Shown here in pieces: positions 15,832 through 23,044 of a stretch of 23,044 nucleotides of DNA (position 1 is the stretch's first letter; every line of letters begins with the position of its first letter). This DNA is from a virus. Taxonomy: Duplodnaviria > Heunggongvirae > Uroviricota > Caudoviricetes. The translations under genes were made by a program, and so were the position numbers. The stretch lies in the IMG/VR virus record IMGVR_UViG_2740892487_000010. One strand, 5' to 3'. The notes under the pieces were generated by a model. That model had not been told where the DNA came from. It was given only the letters and a program-made list of their open reading frames with translations, and made no database searches.

Positions 15832-18247
15832 TTAATACAGGTTTCGCCACTTATCATCTTCCTGCAAACGCTGGTTCCGATAGAAGATACGCAGGCCTGC
15901 TCCTGACGGAATACTGCCGCCGCGAAGCAGTAAATCGACCTCTTTCTCGCTGCCATCAAATCCCCTGGACTTCAGTTCATACACGAGCTGCTGTCGCTGA
16001 TGATCTGTAATTCGCTGTTTGTAGTCTTTACGCCGTTTCGGTTTCACCAGGCGTAACCTTGCTGCCAGTTCCCGGCGCTCTTTTTTGCTCATACTGTGCA
16101 GGTAATCGTGCAACTCCTTGTCATCCATGCGGGTGATATCCGTTCTGGTATCTCCATCAGCTGATTTGTCTTTCCCTTGTTGGTACAAATTTTCAGCAAG
16201 GGGACAGTTATTGCCACGAGTCCAAGGGGCGCAAGCGCCCTGGTCGGCTGCCGCCTCCTGAACGTCAACGGCCTTACGAACCATTTTCCACTTCACTGCA
16301 TGAGTGCAGATCTTGCCCTCTGCAATGGGTGACCAGATGCCATAAATACGAATACCGTGATCGCCATAGGCGGTTGGCTCTTCGTTTATTTCATAAGCGG
16401 TTCTGATGAGGTGATATTTGCGGGGAACCAGTACGCCGCCCTGCTTCATGATGTAAGTGGCAAAACAACCAGCATCAGCAGCAGCCAGGATGGCATCAAG
16501 GCGCGGGTTATCCAGTACCGGCGCACCTGCTTTTTTGTCACCCTGTTGCCTTGCCGCCTGACCAGCCAGCAATCGCAGTTCACGGTAAGCCTGACGCCCC
16601 GGAATGCCAAAGAAGCGGAATTGCTGAACACGATGCAGAGACGCCCAGGCATTAACGTATTCAGCGTTATCACGCAGGGATTTACCCGTTTCCTTACTGA
16701 TCTCGCCAGCCAGACCACGCCCGTCAATATTCTTACTGATATATTTCGCAATGTAGCTTGTCGGCGTTCCTTTGCGCGGGTTTATCAGCTCAGACTTAAA
16801 GCGTGGCCCCGTGTTATTGCCCAGCTCCTCGCGGTCTTCACGGATGGCAAACTTACGCAACAATGCAGTAATGGCGCGGCGGTCTTTTTTTGCGCATGAA
16901 ACACAACAGGTGCCAGTGAACTGTGCCGTCATGATGCGGCTCAGCCACCCGCACGCCATACCAGCGCAACCCGGCTTTGTGCATAGCCTTACGAAATGCA
17001 GCAAACATGCCGACCAGATAATCGCTGCTTTGTCTTACTGTCGCGTTGGTCCAGGTCGGGTTTGGCCTGCCGTTATTTAGCGTGGAATGGAAACGTGACG
17101 GACAGGTGATGGTGTAGAAAACGGCGCAGTCACCACGCATTTCCGCGATAAGCTCCAGACCTTTAACACAGGCCATCATCTCGTTGCGGCGATGCGCCGG
17201 GTTGCTGCTGCTGGCGTTTACCACATCCTCCATGTCCAGCGTGTCGCCGTCTTCGTTCACCAGTTCATGAGAACGGAAAAACTCCAGCGACTTACGGCGC
17301 TGCTCACGTTTATGCATCACGGCTTCATAGCTGACATAGGGAGATGCTTTTTTGCTGACCAAGCAGACAGCACGCAACTGCTCTTCCCGCCATTCGCAAC
17401 GCATCTTCCATAATTTCCGATACCACCAGTCGGCACACAACATACGCGCCAGCGAACCCGGAATGAGTTCATAGGGCACGGGTTTACGGCGGTTTCTTTT
17501 CCGACGGAGTTGCTCAAACGCAGGCGGAATAACATCCAGACGCAGGGTTTCCGCTGCCACCTTTTCCCATGTTTTGCGGATTTCTTCTGGCTTAACGTCA
17601 TCGGTGGCATACAAATCACCACAAGCGGCATCAAGGCACATGCTCATATGCGCAGCGACAAGGGTAGACAGGCGCTTCACCTGATCCTGACTCATTTCAG
17701 GCAGGATAAGCAGGCCGTCCAGCCCTTCATGGCTTGCCATAAAACGAAAAGATGCAGATAGCTGGCTGTCGCGTACATGCTCCAGTCGTTCCAGACATGG
17801 CTTAATTGTCTCACGTAAATAGCGGGAATAAGCCTTTGGCCTGCACAGGCTGCTGAAGTATTCAATACGTTGCATCAGCGGCTTGCTGATATGGGAAGGC
17901 TGGGCGTTGACGTCCGCCAGAATGACCATATCCGGATTAAAACGCTGCTGCTCATGCGCCAGCTTTGCCCGGCTAATGAGCTTATCCTGCTCCATTTCGC
18001 GCTGGACAGGATCACGTGATTCATTAAAAAAATAACGCTCCCAGACCTGATCACTCAGTGCCTCGCGGCGCAGTTGTTCCTGCTCGTTATCGGCAGCGTA
18101 CAGAGTGATCAGGTTTGAAAGCGCAGAAACCGGCGCAACTTCCGCCGGGTCCAGATAAGGGTTAATGGCCTTTTTCGGGCTGTTCCATGAGAACGCTGCG
18201 GCAGCCTCGTTAAAGCCGCAGCAGTTGTTCATATCGGCATGACTCAT
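15832..18247 (-). CDS. A: Replication initiation protein (P2 gpA-like rolling-circle endonuclease), frame interrupted near 16885-16891
   Basis: Track ORFs 16853..18247 (464 aa) and 15832..17004 (390 aa) overlap; HUH-like GTVHWHLL motif; a 7-nt homopolymer where 6 would give ...[22 protein letters not shown]...; ATGA overlap with the dam stop. Confidence 0.8.
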
Positions 18248-19101
18248 GCACGTACTCCGTACACGGCTGAACTATCCACGCCACGCGAAGGATCAAATCC
18301 CACCCAGCAGCGCGGCCCGGAAACAGCGATGATTTCTGTTGCAGATTTACTCTCACCAGCTGCCACACCGATGCTGCGTTTTGCCTTGATGTAGTGGTGA
18401 GTAAAATTGCGATACAGCGAACGGATCAGGGATGTGTCACTGTTAGAAACAATGACCGGATATCCTTCTGATGATCGATGTTCAAGAACGGATGCCAGGT
18501 GATACTGGTCATCTTCAGTGAAACCATCAGTGTGATAGCCGGAAAACGTACCGTCATACGGCGGATCGCAATACACCACATCCCCCACCTGCAGCATCGC
18601 CAGCGTTTCATCAAAGCTGGCGCAGATAAACGTTGCCCGCTGGGCTTTCTCTGCAAATGCGCGAATTTCTTTTTCAGGGAAATACGGATTTTTATAATTA
18701 CCGTACGGAATGTTGAAATGCCCGCTCTTGTTATAGCGACATAACCCACGGTAACCATGACGATTGAGATACAGGAAATATATCGCTTTCATGAAATCAG
18801 TAATTTCAGTGGAGTAATTAAACTCCTGCCTTATGTTGTAATAAGCCACATCCCTGTTTGCTTCCTCAAATAAAGCTCTGGCACGAGATATAAACGCCTC
18901 GCAATCAGCAGCAACCTTTTTATAGAGGTTGATTAAATCAGGATTAATATCCGCAACAAGATAGCTGGGGTAATCCGTCTCCATCATCACAGCACAGGAA
19001 CCCGCGAAAGGTTCAACCAGTCGCGGGCCAGCAGGAAGATGTTTTTTCAGTTCGGACATAATGGCGGTTTTATTTCCCGCCCATTTCAGGATGGTGCTCA
19101 T
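18244..19101 (-). CDS. dam: DNA adenine (N6) methyltransferase, Dam-like
   Basis: Track ORF 18244..19161; likely start [11 protein letters not shown] at about 19101; catalytic DPPY motif ([10 protein letters not shown]); AdoMet-binding EPFAGS-type N-terminus. Confidence 0.85.
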   Translation of the reverse strand: MSTILKWAGNKTAIMSELKKHLPAGPRLVEPFAGSCAVMMETDYPSYLVADINPDLINLYKKVAADCEAFISRARALFEEANRDVAYYNIRQEFNYSTEITDFMKAIYFLYLNRHGYRGLCRYNKSGHFNIPYGNYKNPYFPEKEIRAFAEKAQRATFICASFDETLAMLQVGDVVYCDPPYDGTFSGYHTDGFTEDDQYHLASVLEHRSSEGYPVIVSNSDTSLIRSLYRNFTHHYIKAKRSIGVAAGESKSATEIIAVSGPRCWVGFDPSRGVDSSAVYGVRA

Positions 19102-19325
19102 ACAGCACCTCCGTTGTAATGTTTGCCTTTCAGCTCTGCGATTTCCTGACAGGTAATGCAAAGCTGCACACCCGGAATGGCACGGCGGCGTGCTGGCGGA
19201 ATTGGCGCTTCACACTCAATGCAAAGCACGCGGGACACGCCCGGCGTTTTGGCACGGGCAGCACGGATATGGCGTTGGCGTTCTTCTTCAACGCGCTGCT
19301 GTACGAGATCCATTGCATCAGCCAT
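19098..19325 (-). CDS. TraR/DksA-family C4 zinc-finger protein
   Basis: 75 aa with CIECEAP...CITCQ (CxxC-N17-CxxC); common small gene in P2-like early operons. Confidence 0.7.
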   Translation of the reverse strand: MADAMDLVQQRVEEERQRHIRAARAKTPGVSRVLCIECEAPIPPARRRAIPGVQLCITCQEIAELKGKHYNGGAV

Positions 19326-19564
19326 TAGTGGATCTCCTGCGCTTCGTTCTGGATTGCTTCAGCAGTCACACGAAGCAGTTCTGCCGCTTCGACGTGGGTT
19401 AGCTGGCGGGATGTGATATGACACGCCAGGCTATCAAGGCGAGCTGCCATTGCTTCAGCCCTTGCCCGGCGTTCTTCCAGACGAGCCTCTGTCAGTAAAA
19501 TATTAAGCCCTGCGTCATCCGGTCCGGTTTTGGTCGAGAGGGTTTCAATATTACGCATAATCAA
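19325..19564 (-). CDS. Hypothetical early-operon protein
   Basis: 79-aa ORF overlapping the TraR-like start by one codon; no recognisable motif. Confidence 0.4.
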   Translation of the reverse strand: MIMRNIETLSTKTGPDDAGLNILLTEARLEERRARAEAMAARLDSLACHITSRQLTHVEAAELLRVTAEAIQNEAQEIH

Positions 19565-19625
19565 TTCTCCTGAATTTAGATAAAGGGATGCCCGGCGGGT
19601 TTACGCCATTAATTTCATTAGTTGG

Positions 19626-19967
19626 TTAATTCGGCATGGTTAGCCGTCTGGGAAATAAGCTCACCACTGCACGAAAATGATTCATTGCTTTAATCAACTC
19701 CCGCTTTTCGTCAGTGGTCAGCTCATTAATGCTGATGCTATGACGTTCAGCTGGAATTTTTGCCATAAAGAATATGGCAGCCAGTGCCCGTTTATTTTGT
19801 TCGCTATTAATATCCCGTGAATCACGCATATCTTTAATAAACCGCTCAAGCTCTGACTCAATATTCAGGCCAAAAACTTTCGCCCTTAACTCCGCAATGT
19901 GATTAAGTCCATTCAGGCGTTCACCGGGGCTTAATGGAACAGTCGCCGCAGTGCCTTCAATAGCCAT
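19626..19967 (-). CDS. Hypothetical early-operon protein
   Basis: 113-aa ORF in operon context; no recognisable motif. Confidence 0.4.
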   Translation of the reverse strand: MAIEGTAATVPLSPGERLNGLNHIAELRAKVFGLNIESELERFIKDMRDSRDINSEQNKRALAAIFFMAKIPAERHSISINELTTDEKRELIKAMNHFRAVVSLFPRRLTMPN

Positions 19968-20161
19968 TTGTTCCCCCGTTTTTTCGTAGATAGTTCTGCC
20001 AGCAATTCATCTTGTGAACGGCACGGATGCCAGCGTTTACCATCCTCCCCCATGATCCAGCCGTGACCGTAATGCATTGCCGGGCTTTGTTTAACCAGCA
20101 GCGATGCAAATGATGGTTCTTTCGTCAGCATAAGCACCTCACAGCAAACCAAATGAAGCAC
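19931..20161 (-). CDS. Hypothetical small early protein (position of 186 fil)
   Basis: 76-aa track ORF; true start probably the internal Met (MLTKEPSF...) at about 20131, since the upstream part overlaps cII. Confidence 0.35.
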   Translation of the reverse strand: MLHLVCCEVLMLTKEPSFASLLVKQSPAMHYGHGWIMGEDGKRWHPCRSQDELLAELSTKKRGNKWLLKALRRLFH

Positions 20162-20654
20162 CGAGGCCAGTCACGGTATCAACTGCACTCGCCATCGCAG
20201 GATTAGCCTGTAAACGGGCCTGCAATGAAACAGCCGCCAGCGCCATCAGTCGTGTTACAGAGTTAATGCTGCTGATAGCATCACGACGACCGGCACAGGT
20301 TTTTACATCGCCAGACACCGCACCTGCAGCAACACGCCCGATCTCTGCGGTTGCACTCATGACGTAATGTGGCAGTTTCTCTTTTGCCACCTCATTAATC
20401 GGTACACATGGCAGACAATGAATCTGTGCCAGAAAACCATCTACCAGCGTTGAATCTTCAGTCAGATCGGTAAGCAGCCAGATTTCTGGTGCGGTTAATA
20501 AATGAGGCTGAGCTGGGTTCAGCTTGTTCCGCAGAATCTGCACATTCATGCCTGCACGTTCTGCCAGTTGCACCAGATTGTGGCGCAGTGCAAATGCACG
20601 ACAGGCTTCATCAAAATGTGGATGTTTGGAAACTTGGTAATCAAACATGGTCAA
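20139..20654 (-). CDS. cII: CII-like transcriptional activator (phage 186 CII family)
   Basis: 171 aa; [20 protein letters not shown]...LRNKLNP...[25 protein letters not shown]...NPAM...GASFGL closely parallels the 186 CII sequence as recalled. Confidence 0.65.
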   Translation of the reverse strand: MTMFDYQVSKHPHFDEACRAFALRHNLVQLAERAGMNVQILRNKLNPAQPHLLTAPEIWLLTDLTEDSTLVDGFLAQIHCLPCVPINEVAKEKLPHYVMSATAEIGRVAAGAVSGDVKTCAGRRDAISSINSVTRLMALAAVSLQARLQANPAMASAVDTVTGLGASFGLL

Positions 20655-20680
20655 TGCCTCTGATGTATTTCAGAATCGAA

Positions 20681-20902
20681 CTAATTAAGGTTTAGATTGC
20701 ATTCTGAAAGCGCATCAACGGTCATTGCTGCTATGTTGATCATCACTTTTTCGCGTTTTTTATCTTTGCGCAGACGGTGACGGATAAGGCGTCCATCAGC
20801 CAACATGTCATTGATGGTATCGATGGATAGCCCTGTCAGCTCGCTATAGCGTTCAATAGTCACATGAGGCGTGGTAAGAGTGATTGAAATGTTAGGTCTC
20901 AT
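20681..20902 (-). CDS. apl: Apl/Cox-like small DNA-binding protein (excisionase and lytic-promoter regulator)
   Basis: 73 aa, first gene of the leftward early operon, divergent from cI; HTH-like [21 protein letters not shown]. Confidence 0.55.
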   Translation of the reverse strand: MRPNISITLTTPHVTIERYSELTGLSIDTINDMLADGRLIRHRLRKDKKREKVMINIAAMTVDALSECNLNLN

Positions 20903-21027
20903 GATGCAACATTCCTCGTTTAATGATGATTAATCAGGACGAATACGGATCGTTTGTATTTTGTGAACACCATAAACATACGATCGCACGGTGAAATCGT
21001 CAAGATAAAAGTTCACTTGGAGTGACC
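20903..21027. promoter_or_regulatory. Divergent pR/pL switch region with candidate operators
   Basis: 125-bp AT-rich gap between divergent apl-like and cI; perfect palindrome TGATTAATCA at about 20926-20935 and inverted repeats GATCGTTTGTAT / ATACGATCG. Confidence 0.4.
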
Positions 21028-21597
21028 ATGAATTTGGAGAAAGGCGGACGAGGCGCCATAGAGCGCATGGTAGAAGCTTATGGATTCAAGACTCGACAGG
21101 CGTTGTGCGATCATTTAGGAATCTCTAAAAGTACACTCGCCACACGCTACATGCGTGACTCATTCCCAGCAGAATGGGTAATCCAGTGCGCCCTTGAAAC
21201 AGGCACCTCGCTTAATTGGCTCACAACCGGGCATGGTTCAAAGCAAACTTCAGGTAATACAAATACTATGGAAGTTGCTAAATATGTATTATCTGATGGG
21301 GCCTTGTGTGAAGACGGTTTTTATATTTTCGATAGAGAATTTCTACCGTCGGCATTCAAGAATCTTTTTGTAATCACAGATAATAATTCTGAATTTATTT
21401 GTGATAAGGAATTTGATGATATACGTGATGGTAAATGGGTAATAAGTATTGATGGCGAAATAACGATCCGTGACATTACTCGTTTACCCGGTGGAAGAAT
21501 CTTCGTCGAGGGTGGAAACAGAGCCTTTGAATGTAAGATAGAAGACATTGAAATAATTGGTAAAATTATAAGTTTAACAGTCAAGTATGTTAAATAG
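21028..21597 (+). CDS. cI: Immunity repressor, phage 186 CI-type
   Basis: Track ORF from GTG 21022; likely ATG at 21028 with GGAG ribosome-binding site; AYGFKTRQALCDHLGISKSTLATRYMR...CALETGTSLNWLTTGHG matches the 186 CI N-terminal domain pattern. Confidence 0.75.
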   Translation: MNLEKGGRGAIERMVEAYGFKTRQALCDHLGISKSTLATRYMRDSFPAEWVIQCALETGTSLNWLTTGHGSKQTSGNTNTMEVAKYVLSDGALCEDGFYIFDREFLPSAFKNLFVITDNNSEFICDKEFDDIRDGKWVISIDGEITIRDITRLPGGRIFVEGGNRAFECKIEDIEIIGKIISLTVKYVK

Positions 21598-21612
21598 TAC
21601 CGGGAGAAAATT

Positions 21613-21804
21613 ATGCTTGGTAAGGTATTTTTTGTGGTTTTGTCATGTTCTTTGTTATTAAACCCACTAGCTACCTATGCTAGAAATTATCCCTGCTCAG
21701 GGAAAAAGGGAGGTGTTTCTCACTGTACCTCTGATGGCAAATTCGTTTGCAATGATGGAACTATTAGTAAATCCAAAAAAATCTGTACTAAAAACTCACG
21801 ATAA
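21613..21804 (+). CDS. Small secreted cysteine-rich protein (candidate moron/lysogenic-conversion gene)
   Basis: 63 aa; signal peptide [23 protein letters not shown]; mature peptide of about 40 aa with 5 Cys; GGGAGA ribosome-binding site; sits between cI and int. Confidence 0.5.
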   Translation: MLGKVFFVVLSCSLLLNPLATYARNYPCSGKKGGVSHCTSDGKFVCNDGTISKSKKICTKNSR

Positions 21805-21992
21805 CTTTTGCTTTTATATCTGCGCCTAAAATAAAAATGAGCCACAGGTTAACCGCAAAAGTTACATGATCACATAGCAAAAAGAATAGCCTACTTCATT
21901 ATGGCTTCAGTGAGATGTATGGTCGCAGGATTTCATACATTGACACTGGTTATACATACAGTAAAAATGCTCTCTATTGGAGGGCATTTTTT

Positions 21993-23044
21993 ATGGCTGT
22001 ACGAAAACTCACCACAGGAAAATGGCTTTGCGAATGTTACCCCGCCGGACGTAGTGGGCGTCGTGTGCGTAAACAATTCGCCACCAAAGGCGAAGCACTG
22101 GCTTTTGAGCGTCACACGATGGAAGAAACCGAAGCAAAGCCCTGGCTAGGTGAATCAGTGGATCGTCGAACACTGAAAGACGTGGTTGAGCTATGGTTCA
22201 AACTACATGGTAAATCACTGACTGCTGGGCAGCATGTCTATGACAAATTGCTGCTGATGGTTGACGCTCTGGGCAATCCCCTTGCAACTGATCTAACCTC
22301 TAAAATGTTTGCCCACTATCGAGATAAACGCCTGACAGGTGAGATCTACTTCAGCGAGAAATGGAAGAAAGGAGCAAGCCCGGTCACCATTAACCTGGAG
22401 CAAAGCTATCTAAGTAGTGTTTTTAGCGAACTATCCCGCCTGGGCGAATGGTCGTATCCGAACCCACTGGAGAACATGCGAAAATTCACCATCGCAGAAA
22501 AAGAGATGGCATGGCTTACCCATGAGCAGATTGTTGAATTACTGGCTGATTGCAAACGTCAGGACCCAATTCTGGCACTGGTAGTTAAGATATGCTTAAG
22601 CACAGGCGCACGCTGGCGAGAAGCCGTAAATCTTACTCGTTCACAGGTGACCAAATACCGAATTACCTTTGTAAGAACGAAGGGGAAGAAAAACAGAAGC
22701 ATCCCTATCAGTAAAGAGCTTTACGAAGAGATCATGGCGCTTGATGGGTTCAATTTCTTCACAGACTGCTATTTTCAATTTTTATCCGTGATGGAAAAAC
22801 GTCTATCGTGCTCCCTCGCGGTCAACTCACACACGTTCTGCGCCATACGTTTGCGGCGCACTTCATGATGTCGGGTGGAAACATTCTGGCCTTACAAAAA
22901 ATTCTCGGACACCACGATATAAAAATGACTATGCGTTACGCACATCTGGCACCGGATCATCTGGAAACGGCGCTCCGTTTCAATCCTCTGGCAACGCTGC
23001 CAAGTGGCGACAAAGTGGCGGCAGCGGTTGGCATTACCCCGTAA
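21993..23044 (+). CDS. int: Tyrosine integrase (P2/186 Int family), frame interrupted near 22780-22800
   Basis: Track ORF 21915..22868 with likely start MAVRKLTTGKW at 21993 (GGAGGG ribosome-binding site), plus ORF 22808..23044 carrying LPRGQLTHVLRHTFAAHFMMSGGNILALQKILGHHDIKMTMRYAHLAP (catalytic R, H-x-x-R, Y). Adding one A to the A5 run at about 22795-22799 gives ...MEKTSIVLPRGQ... Stop is at the window end. Confidence 0.85.

Noticed and set aside
16357-16899. Plus-strand 180-aa ORF opposite gene A
   Set aside because: Antisense shadow within the replication gene; no start signals or recognisable motifs.
22990-23044. attachment site / tRNA at the prophage end
   Set aside because: The window ends at the integrase stop codon, so the expected att core and any target tRNA lie outside the window and cannot be assessed.

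Overview
This window is almost entirely a P2/186-family temperate phage (prophage) of an enterobacterial host. All calls rest on reading the six-frame translations by eye and on recalled P2, 186 and P1 protein sequences; no database search was run. Motif coordinates I read from the raw sequence may be off by 1-2 nt, while ORF coordinates follow the supplied track. Left to right: the minus-strand late operons run from a partial tail fibre gene through baseplate, tail completion, lysis and capsid genes (H-I-J-W-V / S-R-lysC-lysB-lysA-K-Y-X-L-M-N-O), then plus-strand terminase P and portal Q. A bidirectional terminator follows, then a roughly 2.8 kb AT-richer cargo region around a cos-like site, then a LexA-box-controlled DinI/Tum-like gene, the minus-strand early operon (A, dam, TraR-like, small ORFs, cII-like, apl-like), and the plus-strand lysogeny operon (186-type cI, a small secreted Cys-rich ORF, integrase running to the window end). 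The standout candidate for a new system is a translationally coupled two-gene module between cos and the portal gene: a HipA-family Ser/Thr kinase core lacking its N-terminal subdomain, followed by a protein with a HipA-N/HipS-like domain joined to a HIRAN-like domain. At least six conserved genes (O, P, Q, A, int, and the HipS-HIRAN gene) have reading frames broken at short A/T homopolymer runs, which looks more like systematic sequencing indels than biology. No tRNA, rRNA, CRISPR array or IS element was recognised.
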